A stretch of 64,000 nucleotides of DNA from an uncultured Gammaproteobacteria bacterium (lineage in GTDB: Bacteria; Patescibacteriota; Microgenomatia; 2-02-FULL-39-11): the NCBI GenBank assembly GCA_964354025.1, contig CAYGXQ010000001.1, positions 5,963 through 69,962 on the forward strand, written 5' to 3'. Under the pieces are notes generated by a model. It did not search any database. It saw only the letters and a list, made by a program, of their open reading frames with translations, and was not told where the DNA came from. Below, one piece after another: positions 1 through 8,569 of the stretch (positions are counted from its first letter, which is position 1; each line of letters starts with the position of its first letter). Position numbers and translations under genes: made by a program.

Positions 1-1014
1 AAAAACCAAAAAAAACTGGGAGAAACATTCGTCTTTGTTTCTCAGCAATACGAAGAAGCGGTTAATTTGGTGGATTTGAATCCGGTTCGCTCGCGGACGC
101 TTTTGGCTGAAGCGAAATTGTCTTTATCTCCTCTTTTGAAAGAATTTCCCAAAGGATCAGGGGAATTTAAACAAGTTAACGAGTGGTTGGATAAAGTCTC
201 CCAGGAGGAGGTGGTGGCTTATAAAATCTATAAACTGACGGCTGTTCCTCTGTTTTTTGACTTAAACTTGGTGAAACAGGGAGGGGTGGGAGCAAAAATG
301 AGCGGTTGGAAGACAGACAAAGCGATATTGGACATGGTAAACAAAACAGTTTACAGTTTATCAACAGAGACAAAACAGTCAGGAATCGTAGCCGGAAGCG
401 AAGCGGTAAAGGATGCTAAGCTGATTACCAATCACGGAAAAATGATTTATCTCCTAAACAGTGACGGGATCGTCGGGATTGACGCGGAGGGTAAGACGGC
501 CAAAATTCTGATTAAACCGGACGAGAAGTGGGGTGAGATTGTTTCCCTTTGCAGTTTCGGCGGCAACCTGTATCTTTTGGATAAGAAAAACAACGCCATT
601 TGGAAATATATCGCCACTGATTTCGGCTTTTCCACCCGAAGCAATTATTTAAATCCCGATGTCCGGGCAAACTTTCAGGAAGCCGGAAGTATAGTGATAG
701 ACGGATCGGTTTGGGTGGCCGGGGTTAATGAAATTCTCAAATTTACCAGAGGATTAGGTGAACAGTTTTCATTGAAAAGCTTTGCCGATACCATCCAAAA
801 CATGTCGGTGATGACCACTGATGATGTAGCTAAAAATATCTATATTCTAGATAAGGCTTTATCGAGAATCGTTGTTTTCAATAAAGACGGAGAATATCAA
901 GCTCAATACCAGTGGGATGAGCTGAAGAAGGCTGATGATATAATTTCTTCAGAAGAGGAAAAAAAGATTTTTGTCCTGATAGGCAGTAAAATATACGGGA
1001 TTGATTTAAAATGA
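1..1014 (+). CDS. Hypothetical protein, 5'-truncated at the window edge. The frame is open from nt 1, so the 67 TTG start is probably internal. Repeated Y-L-D / I-Y-G-I-D blocks suggest a beta-propeller-like fold.
   Basis: Six-frame ORF 67..1014 with an in-frame open reading frame back to position 1; no recognisable catalytic motif. Confidence 0.4.
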   Translation, partial: KNQKKLGETFVFVSQQYEEAVNLVDLNPVRSRTLLAEAKLSLSPLLKEFPKGSGEFKQVNEWLDKVSQEEVVAYKIYKLTAVPLFFDLNLVKQGGVGAKMSGWKTDKAILDMVNKTVYSLSTETKQSGIVAGSEAVKDAKLITNHGKMIYLLNSDGIVGIDAEGKTAKILIKPDEKWGEIVSLCSFGGNLYLLDKKNNAIWKYIATDFGFSTRSNYLNPDVRANFQEAGSIVIDGSVWVAGVNEILKFTRGLGEQFSLKSFADTIQNMSVMTTDDVAKNIYILDKALSRIVVFNKDGEYQAQYQWDELKKADDIISSEEEKKIFVLIGSKIYGIDLK

Positions 1015-1448
1015 AAATCTTAAACCATCGAGCCACTCATGATTATCAGATTTTGGAGACCCTGGAAGCAGGGATCCATTTGACGGGACCGGAAGTCAAA
1101 TCCGTCAAAGGCGAGCGGATGTCTTTGGAAGGGTCTTTTGTGAAAGTGGTGGGAGGCGAGATATATCTGGTGAATGCCCAGATTTTCCCCTATCCCTTTG
1201 CCCGTCCGGAGGGCTATGATCCCAAGCGTTCCCGCAAGCTCCTGCTTCACAAAAGAGAGATTCTTAACTTAAAAAACAAACTGGCTACGGCCCGTTTGAC
1301 CCTGATACCCCTGGAATGTTATAATACACACGGATTTATCAAGCTGAAAATCGCTTTAGCCAAAGGGAAGAAAGAGTACGAAAAAAGGGAAAAGATAAAA
1401 AGAAAAGATTTGGATAGAGCCATGCAAAGAGAGTTAAGAGGCAAATAG
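1011..1448 (+). CDS. smpB: SsrA-binding protein SmpB
   Basis: 145 aa. Motifs HDYxIxETxEAGIxLxGxEVKS and KRSRKLLLHKRE match the SmpB family. A tmRNA follows immediately downstream. Confidence 0.9.
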   Translation: MKILNHRATHDYQILETLEAGIHLTGPEVKSVKGERMSLEGSFVKVVGGEIYLVNAQIFPYPFARPEGYDPKRSRKLLLHKREILNLKNKLATARLTLIPLECYNTHGFIKLKIALAKGKKEYEKREKIKRKDLDRAMQRELRGK

Positions 1449-1556
1449 CCCGCCTACGCTCAAATTCGTCTCGAGGTCTACGTCCTCGCAGCCGAATGTT
1501 CGCTTCGGCGGGCATAAGAAACAGTAGACTCTCTTTGTTCGTCAACTGTTTCTAAT

Positions 1557-1965
1557 GGGGACGTATTGATCGACAGAGAAAAGCTCTTTTAAATTGCAAG
1601 CCGACGATGGTACTAGGTCGCAAAAAGGTACCAAAAAATAACTGCTAATAAATCAGCAGACGAAGCAGAAGCAATTTTAGCTTTCAGAGCAAATCAAAGC
1701 TATCAATTCGCTTTTGCTCCAAGCTTATCAGCGTAAGCTGAAAGTTTTGGCATCTATTATTTCTTTCTCCCGATGAAGGGTAATAGGTGTAAACTCAGTC
1801 GGGACGCCAGGAGTTAAACCGGTCAATTAGCTTCGGAGGATTTAGACCAATACTGCGTGAACCGTTTCTGTCAGTTGAAACCACGCTTTTAGCCGACTGA
1901 CTAAGCTTGTAGATGTTTAAAGGAACTTTCTTTGGACGAGAGATCACTTCTCTCCGTCTCCACCA
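1557..1965 (+). ncRNA. ssrA: tmRNA (SsrA), standard one-piece
   Basis: The 5' GGGGACG pairs with the 3' CGUCUCC-ACCA, including a G3:U wobble. The conserved block GACUGACUAAGCUUGUAG lies near the 3' end. AAAAAAUAACU|GCU resembles the E. coli resume-codon context. The locus is directly downstream of smpB. Confidence 0.7.
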
Positions 1966-2040
1966 CGTAATAATCCGCCGGGAGGCGGATTAAACGTGGT
2001 TAGGAACGTTAATCGCAGAGCGATTTTACGTTCCACCACA

Positions 2041-2709
2041 ATGACTCTGTTAGACCTTTTATTTCCCCGCCGCTGTGTAAGTTGCGGCCGGATCGGAAAA
2101 TATATTTGTTCCCGCTGTTTCCCAAAGATTAAATTTATCCAACACCAGCTTTGTCCGGTTTGTGCCAAGCCGGCCGTTGACGGGATCACTCATCCGTATT
2201 GCCGGGGGAAATACCGGATGGACGGGATGTTTGCGGCCTGTCATTATCAGGGAGTGGTCAAACAGGCCATCCATCTTCTGAAATACCGACAGGTGAGCGA
2301 TCTGGTAGCAGAATTATCCTTATTGTTAGTTACGAATTATCCAAAGACAATTCCGAAATTAGATTTGTTAATCCCGGTTCCTCTTCACTTTCGAAGGGAA
2401 AAGGAGAGGGGATTTAACCAAAGTTTCCTGCTGGCTAAATCATTGGGGAAAAGATTGGGAGTTCCGGTTAACAATCATTTATTGAAAAGAATCAGATACA
2501 CCAAACCGCAGGCGGATCTGAAGCGGGAAAAACGGTTGGATAACATCAAAAATGTTTTTATCTGCAAAGAAAACGGAATACTTCGCGGCAAAACAATCGG
2601 TTTAGTCGACGACGTAGCCACCACCTTCGCCACCATCAACGAATGCTGTCGAGTTTTGAAACAGTCAGGAGTAAAAGCGGTTTGGGGCATCGTCCTGGCA
2701 CACGGTTAA
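2041..2709 (+). CDS. ComF-family (ComFC-like) phosphoribosyltransferase-domain protein
   Basis: N-terminal CxxC...CxxC zinc finger and C-terminal PRTase motif (GLVDDVATTFATI). The start is placed at the internal ATG at 2041. Confidence 0.7.
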   Translation: MTLLDLLFPRRCVSCGRIGKYICSRCFPKIKFIQHQLCPVCAKPAVDGITHPYCRGKYRMDGMFAACHYQGVVKQAIHLLKYRQVSDLVAELSLLLVTNYPKTIPKLDLLIPVPLHFRREKERGFNQSFLLAKSLGKRLGVPVNNHLLKRIRYTKPQADLKREKRLDNIKNVFICKENGILRGKTIGLVDDVATTFATINECCRVLKQSGVKAVWGIVLAHG

Positions 2710-3125
2710 TCCAGCCCGATTCTTCTAAGTTGATGTAATTTGTAGATTTTATCGAAGGAAAAAATATCGCTAAAGCCGTATTTCTGCATTACGGCGATAT
2801 TCGCGCAATCGACGACAGAGGTTTTATTTTTTATTTGCTTTCTAAAAAGGCTTAGAGTTTCTTTTTCCAATTCACCGGAAATGGTGTACATCTCCAAATT
2901 AGAATCTTTGACAGAATCTAAAAATTCAATTGCCGTTTGTTGATCTATACGATAACTCAAAAGATTGGCGACTTCATAGACAACAAGATTGATGACGGCA
3001 AATGTTATCTTTTCCCGGACCAATTTCTTATTAATAAATCGTGCCTTTTTATGATTTGCATCTTGAGGATTGATTAACGCATAGAAAGCGTCCGAATCGA
3101 CCAAAACTTTCTTGAGATCTTCCAT
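2706..3125 (-). CDS. vapC: PIN-domain toxin (VapC-like)
   Basis: 139 aa. Acidic residues (LVDSDAF, VVDCANIA, FSFD) are typical of PIN nucleases. It overlaps the upstream small gene by 1 nt. Confidence 0.7.
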   Translation of the reverse strand: MEDLKKVLVDSDAFYALINPQDANHKKARFINKKLVREKITFAVINLVVYEVANLLSYRIDQQTAIEFLDSVKDSNLEMYTISGELEKETLSLFRKQIKNKTSVVDCANIAVMQKYGFSDIFSFDKIYKLHQLRRIGLD

Positions 3126-3394
3126 TACCGGCCTCCTAAAACCGCTTCGGCCAAATATTTATCGTGATTTTTAGAAAGATCTTTCGGTAAACCTTTAAGG
3201 TTCCACTTAGCCAATTTATCCATCAGTTTCCAGGATTGATCTTTCCGGCTTTTTTCTTTAATAATTTTTTTAGCGCCCTTTCTGATCAGTTCTGAAAGAG
3301 TAAGATGTTCGGAACGGGCGAGAAATAGAAGATTTTGGTGCAGCTCTTCCGGAAGATAAATTTGTGTTCTAACCATATTATATACATTATACAT
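3125..3394 (-). CDS. Putative ribbon-helix-helix antitoxin (VapB-like)
   Basis: 89 aa, small, directly upstream of and overlapping the PIN gene. N-terminal TQIYLPEELHQNL resembles an RHH beta-strand. Confidence 0.5.
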   Translation of the reverse strand: MYNVYNMVRTQIYLPEELHQNLLFLARSEHLTLSELIRKGAKKIIKEKSRKDQSWKLMDKLAKWNLKGLPKDLSKNHDKYLAEAVLGGR

Positions 3395-3467
3395 TATACA
3401 TTATATCTGTCAAATAGACAGGATAGTGAATACACGTGAGATTTGATATAATTATCCAGGTTTATTT

Positions 3468-3553
3468 GGAGGCGTCCGATAGTGGTCAATTCGGGCGGTT
3501 TGCTAAACCGCTGAGCTGAAAGGCTCACGTGGGTTCAAATCCCACCGCCTCCG
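3468..3553 (+). tRNA. tRNA-Ser (anticodon GCU)
   Basis: Cloverleaf folded by hand. Acceptor GGAGGCG/CGCCUCC, long variable arm, T-loop GUUCAAAUC, anticodon loop UUGCUAA. CCA is not encoded. Confidence 0.85.
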
Positions 3554-3571
3554 CAAATTCCTGAAGTCTAT

Positions 3572-5002
3572 TTATAGTAAAAGAAAATGAGAGAGTGGAA
3601 TATTAACTGCTGTTTTACTTTCGTTTATTGATAAAGGTGATTTTGATACAACTAATCCGTATTTAGATTTTACACTCTTAGCAGTGTTATTTATTTGGGT
3701 AAATCCTTTTTTTCCGTATCCTACTTCTAATATAATATTTTGTTCATATAAACGGATAATAAAATCAGCTCCACCCGCTGCACTATCATAGGTAAGTGAG
3801 GCGTTTTTATTAACCAGACACCTTGTAAGATAAAGCCCTACCGTATCCTCCAACAACTTTCCCATATACATGTCTTGTCCGATGATATTTCCTACAAAGT
3901 TATAGTACATTGACCTAAAAGCCGGAGAAGCAAAAAGATATTTCGACGGCTTTCTCACTTGAGTTGCATGAGCTCCGTAAGGAAAGACTCTAAGCACTGT
4001 TTCTGTTTTCTCCAGCACATTTAATACCTGGGTAAGAGTTAATCTATCTATATCTAAATCGGGAGCTAAATTAGTAATGCTTAAAATATCGGTGGCGGCA
4101 ACCGTATATAAAATTTCGGGAATCTTTGAGATAATTTCATTTCTAAACTGCCCAAGTTGGGCAATATCCATACTTACCACTCTGTCTAATATCTTTTTTA
4201 TTTGGTCATAAACCAATCCCTCATTTTTCAACTTTACGGCAAACGGTAATGTTCCATATTTCATATATCTGTCTACCTCCAATCTCTCAATACCCATCCA
4301 GTACTGTTTTACTTCATTCTCCAGTATTTTTATTTGGTTAAATACTTCCTCAGATGTATTTGATTCGAAGACAGCCTTCCTTAATTTACCGGATAGTCCT
4401 TTTATTTCAAACTTGTTATCTTTAATTTTGATATATTCAGTAAAACTCATCGGATATAGCTTTTCAAAAATCACGCGTCTTGCTACATCAGGATTAGTTT
4501 GAAGCGTAACAGCAGAAGAGCCTGTTGCGAAAATGAAGACTTTTTTTGACCTGTCAAATATAGTTTTAAGGGTAATTGCCCATTTATTGTCATACTGCAC
4601 CTCATCAAGGAAAAGTACGACCGGTTTATCCAATCTTTCAAAGACGCTTCCCAAAATTTCTTCATAAGCGGACAACACATCGGAAAGCGTGACGCCTATA
4701 ATTTGGGTTATTTGGTCTACTGATAGAAAAAGTTTATTTACCCCAGGTTGAATAGTTTCATAAAATAGTTGAGAAAGAAGAGTTGTTTTCCCTACACCCC
4801 GAAATCCGGATATAGCTAACCAGCGAATTTCCGTATTATCCTGCCGAAAATCATTGTAATATTTATTTAGCTTCACATAACAATTGCGCTTAGGATTTTT
4901 GTTATTTTGTTCATCATATACATAGGCTCTGGCCCTGAAGTTTGCTTGAGCTATTTGTTCCTGAAGATATTTGAGAATAAGGTCTTTCTTCTCAGTAGTC
5001 AT
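3572..5002 (-). CDS. AAA-superfamily ATPase with DUF4143 (COG1373-like), paralog 1
   Basis: 476 aa. Walker A GFRGVGKTTL and Walker B LFLDEVQY. Paralogous to the genes at 13284 and 61119. Confidence 0.75.
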   Translation of the reverse strand: MTTEKKDLILKYLQEQIAQANFRARAYVYDEQNNKNPKRNCYVKLNKYYNDFRQDNTEIRWLAISGFRGVGKTTLLSQLFYETIQPGVNKLFLSVDQITQIIGVTLSDVLSAYEEILGSVFERLDKPVVLFLDEVQYDNKWAITLKTIFDRSKKVFIFATGSSAVTLQTNPDVARRVIFEKLYPMSFTEYIKIKDNKFEIKGLSGKLRKAVFESNTSEEVFNQIKILENEVKQYWMGIERLEVDRYMKYGTLPFAVKLKNEGLVYDQIKKILDRVVSMDIAQLGQFRNEIISKIPEILYTVAATDILSITNLAPDLDIDRLTLTQVLNVLEKTETVLRVFPYGAHATQVRKPSKYLFASPAFRSMYYNFVGNIIGQDMYMGKLLEDTVGLYLTRCLVNKNASLTYDSAAGGADFIIRLYEQNIILEVGYGKKGFTQINNTAKSVKSKYGLVVSKSPLSINESKTAVNIPLSHFLLL

Positions 5003-5408
5003 ATTACTAGTATATTACGCTAGACTAGAATAGTCAACTACTAGTGTATCCTACTATACTAGAGTACTGAAATGTGTCATTTAGCCTTGTATTTAAGGGA
5101 TTTACTAGTTTCCCCTTTTTCTTAAACTGTTTTACTTCATCCATTCATCCAGCCACATGCCGTTGTGATGGTCTTTAGCCCTGGTTTGCGCTTTGAGTAA
5201 CTCTTCATAAAGCATTGGTTTTCGCATTTTCCATTAATCAGTATTATATTTATAGTCTTCATGAGTTTATTTTATGATTTATATTAATGATAAAAAAGAG
5301 GTATATAAAGAGGAGAAAGAAAACCAAGTGTTGATACATTATATTAATTTTAGTTATTAAGAAGAAATAATAATTTTCATTTACGGCTTAGTCATGTAAA
5401 ATACAATT

Positions 5409-6260
5409 ATGAAGAGAGTTAACCCGCAACAACAAATAATTAATTATTACCACTCTGTTGAATCAAGACTCGGGTATGGATTCCTTTTAAGAGGGATTAA
5501 ACACTTTGGATATTATCCTCAAGATAAAAAACATATTTCCTTATGGAAAGCACAAATTCTTATGATTGATAAACTTGCTGAGACTATTAAATTGCCCAAG
5601 CATTCTTATCTTCTTGACGCGGGTTGCGGAGAAGGTTACACCGCTATTTACCTAGCAAAGCACTATCACTATCGTGTCTCAGGGGTAGATCTTTTGGATT
5701 TCAATATTACGAGCGCAGAGAAGAAGGCACAAAAAGAAAACGTGAAAGAAAAAGTAAATTTCCATATCATGAACTATGAACATCTAACCTATTCCGACAA
5801 TACATTTGATGGTGTTTATACTCTCGAGACTCTTGTTCATGCACAAAATTATATAAAAGCGCTAAGAGAATTTCATCGAGTATTAAAACCGCATGGAAAA
5901 ATTGTCCTCTTCGAATACACTATAGCACCACAAAAACTATTAACAAAGCAACAAAAAGAAATGGCGGTGCTCGTAAATAAAATGTCAGGAATGCATAGTT
6001 TCCCTCATTTTATTCATGGAAGTTTTCCCAACATCATGAAAGAGGCAGGTTTCACTACTGTATCTGTTACGGATATTACACAGGAAGTGTTGCCAGGGCT
6101 GAAATTTTTCTATTATCTAGCTTTCCTCGTTTATCCAATTATTAAGCTGTTGAAACTGCAAAAGATTTTTATAAATGCAACATGTGCTGTAGAGGCATAC
6201 AAAAATGTAAAGGATGATATTTTTCGCTATGTCATAGTAGAAGCAGTGAAAACACCGTGA
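5409..6260 (+). CDS. Class I SAM-dependent methyltransferase
   Basis: Motif I LDAGCGEGY and motif post-I VSGVDL. The gene body is AT-rich. Confidence 0.7.
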   Translation: MKRVNPQQQIINYYHSVESRLGYGFLLRGIKHFGYYPQDKKHISLWKAQILMIDKLAETIKLPKHSYLLDAGCGEGYTAIYLAKHYHYRVSGVDLLDFNITSAEKKAQKENVKEKVNFHIMNYEHLTYSDNTFDGVYTLETLVHAQNYIKALREFHRVLKPHGKIVLFEYTIAPQKLLTKQQKEMAVLVNKMSGMHSFPHFIHGSFPNIMKEAGFTTVSVTDITQEVLPGLKFFYYLAFLVYPIIKLLKLQKIFINATCAVEAYKNVKDDIFRYVIVEAVKTP

Positions 6261-6313
6261 ATTTGGGTAAAATATCAGCCAAATTCACGGTAATTTGACA
6301 AAACACCGTGAAT
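6249..6313. promoter_or_regulatory. Operator-like repeat unit upstream of fic. AAAACACCGTGAAT occurs twice as a direct repeat, with an inverted copy ATTCACGGT between them.
   Basis: Read directly from the sequence. The first copy overlaps the methyltransferase stop codon. Confidence 0.3.
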
Positions 6314-6332
6314 ATAGTATACTTCTCCCCAT

Positions 6333-7205
6333 ATGGCAGTCAACTCTTTGGTGAAAGAAAGGATCTGGAAGCTGAAGGAATCATACGATACACTGCGTTC
6401 GGGCAAAGACTCGCTTCTTTCGCTGATTGATGAAGCTGAACTGCCGGAAAATGTCTACAATTCCAATGCCATCGAAAACTCCACATTAACGCTTAAAGAA
6501 ACGGAACAGATTCTTATGGATTTGGAAGTGTCCAGGAAAGTATCGGTCCGCGAAGTTTTTGAAGCTAAAAACTTGGGTCGGGTGATCACCTACAAAAAAA
6601 ACATCTTACACCAGCAGGAATTGTCTATCGAGCTGATTCTTTTTCTTCATAAAATGCTTCTAAGCGGTATAAATGATGATATTGCCGGAAGATTTCGCCA
6701 AGACAATGAATATGTCCGGATCGGTACATTTATTGCCATCCCTCCTGAATATGTGGAACAGCGAATGAAGGAGATATTGATAGAATATTCCAGTAATTTT
6801 TCCCTGTATTTTTTGGAGAAAATTGCCAAATTCCATTTGGATTTTGAGACGATCCATCCGTTTAATGACGGAAACGGCCGTCTGGGACGTGTTTTAATAA
6901 ATTACCACCTGTTGTGTCTTGGTTTCCCCCGGATTATTATCCGCCAAAAAGACAGGAAAATATATTATAAAGCGTTTGAAATATACAGAAATGATAAGAA
7001 AACAAAACTGATGGAAAACGTAATATCGCTTGCGATTTTGGAATCCCTACACAAAAGAATTGCCTATTTAAAAGGGATGACGATTATTCTACTGTCGGAA
7101 TATGCCGGTAAACACAAACTGGGTTCTCCGGCGGTTTTCAATGCCGCCAAAAGACAAACCATTCCCGCTTTCAGGGAAAAAGGAATCTGGAAAATCGGTA
7201 TTTGA
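6333..7205 (+). CDS. fic: Fic/Doc family protein (AMPylase-like)
   Basis: Canonical Fic motif HPFNDGNGRLGR. Confidence 0.8.
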   Translation: MAVNSLVKERIWKLKESYDTLRSGKDSLLSLIDEAELPENVYNSNAIENSTLTLKETEQILMDLEVSRKVSVREVFEAKNLGRVITYKKNILHQQELSIELILFLHKMLLSGINDDIAGRFRQDNEYVRIGTFIAIPPEYVEQRMKEILIEYSSNFSLYFLEKIAKFHLDFETIHPFNDGNGRLGRVLINYHLLCLGFPRIIIRQKDRKIYYKAFEIYRNDKKTKLMENVISLAILESLHKRIAYLKGMTIILLSEYAGKHKLGSPAVFNAAKRQTIPAFREKGIWKIGI

Positions 7206-7332
7206 ATTCCTTATGTATCAAGTTAATACAAACCCGGCGTGAATGTAGAACTTCAGATTAAATATTAACGAACGAAGATATTATTTCTTTTATTGATTAT
7301 GCTATGAATCTACATTATTATTTAATACAAGT

Positions 7333-7719
7333 ATGAAAAATAAAATAAAAAGCAAGAAGTTCTTCTTCTTTATTATTTTTCTTTTAGCTAATTTTCCAGG
7401 AATAGGTTATTTGCCGATCGTTAATCATTTTGACTGTACAGGATTGCCAAATAATTGTACAGGAACAGAACTTGTTATCAAACTAAATCCAATCCTTTGG
7501 TTTCCAGAGATATTATCTAAATGGACCAGTGTTTTTCCTGGTAACCTATTTGGAATTAATGTACAGGAATTTGGTCACTTTACTCGTCCGTTTATGCTAT
7601 TTCCCATACTTTCATTTATAAATTATGGAGAAATTATTACAATAATGTTATTGACATTATATTGGATATTACTTTCAAATATTTTCCAAATTATTCTCAA
7701 AAAATTTAAAAGATCATAG
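7333..7719 (+). CDS. Hypothetical small membrane protein, AT-rich
   Basis: ORF only, with hydrophobic segments; no homology recognised. Confidence 0.25.
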   Translation: MKNKIKSKKFFFFIIFLLANFPGIGYLPIVNHFDCTGLPNNCTGTELVIKLNPILWFPEILSKWTSVFPGNLFGINVQEFGHFTRPFMLFPILSFINYGEIITIMLLTLYWILLSNIFQIILKKFKRS

Positions 7720-7807
7720 ATGGCCAATCGTCAATAAAAAGGTTTTAACACCGTAAATGGTCCCCCGCGAAATATACCAAGTTAGAACTTTTGGTATAAT
7801 AAATAAA

Positions 7808-8539
7808 ATGATGAAAGATAAATTTGCCGTTGTTACTGGAGCTTCGACTGGTATTGGCAGAGCCATTGCCGTAGCCTTTGCTAAAAAAGGAGTAAAGGTT
7901 GCCCTTGTGGCCCGGACAAAAGAGAGGCTACAGATGACAAAAGATTTAGTGGAAAAAGCCGGCGGCCAGGCGGAAATTTTCCCAACAGATCTTAGTAAAC
8001 TCGATTCCATCAACGATTTGATTTCCCGGATCAAGAGCAAAACAAAGAAGATAGATATCCTGGTAAACGTGGCCGGTATCTGGCATGGGGAAAATGAGGT
8101 TTATGCCGGAAGAAATTTTGCGGATTTTCCGCAGCCGGTTATTCTTGATACTTTTTTTGTCGGGACAATCGCTCCGACAATTCTTGCCCATGCTTTTGTA
8201 CCTTTGATGGGAAAGGGAAGTAAGATCATCAATATCTCCGGCACCTTTTCAAGCGGGGCAAAAGGCTGGTTGCCTTATTATGTTTCCAAAAGAGCCATTG
8301 AGGATTTGACAATCGGTTTGGCCGAGGAATTGAAGGAAAAAGACATTCAGGTCAACGCCATTTCGCCTTCCGATACCGCTACCGATGCATATAAAAAATA
8401 TTTTCCGCAATATCTGAAAGAGGCGATTAATCCCGAGGAAATTGCCGCTTATGCCGTTTACCTTTGCGAAAATAACCTGACCGGAAAAGTTTTCGTTTTG
8501 AAGAAAGACAAAGAACCCTCTGAAGGCTTTCACCGATAA
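7808..8539 (+). CDS. Short-chain dehydrogenase/reductase (SDR) family oxidoreductase
   Basis: TGASTGIGRAIA Rossmann motif, NVAG, and the YxxxK catalytic pair (YYVSK). Confidence 0.85.
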   Translation: MMKDKFAVVTGASTGIGRAIAVAFAKKGVKVALVARTKERLQMTKDLVEKAGGQAEIFPTDLSKLDSINDLISRIKSKTKKIDILVNVAGIWHGENEVYAGRNFADFPQPVILDTFFVGTIAPTILAHAFVPLMGKGSKIINISGTFSSGAKGWLPYYVSKRAIEDLTIGLAEELKEKDIQVNAISPSDTATDAYKKYFPQYLKEAINPEEIAAYAVYLCENNLTGKVFVLKKDKEPSEGFHR

Positions 8540-8569
8540 TAATCGCTAAGATTCTGGTAAAATAGACGC

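Noticed and set aside
1339-2189. Minus-strand ORFs 1339..1545 and 1944..2189
   Set aside because: They overlap the smpB 3' end, the tmRNA region and the comF start, and show no coding signal.
5120-5229. 31-codon minus-strand ORF (MRKPMLYEELLKAQTRAKDHHNGMWLDEWMK) in the 400-nt AT-rich spacer
   Set aside because: It is too short, and no RBS was recognised. It could be a gene remnant, but it cannot be supported from sequence alone.
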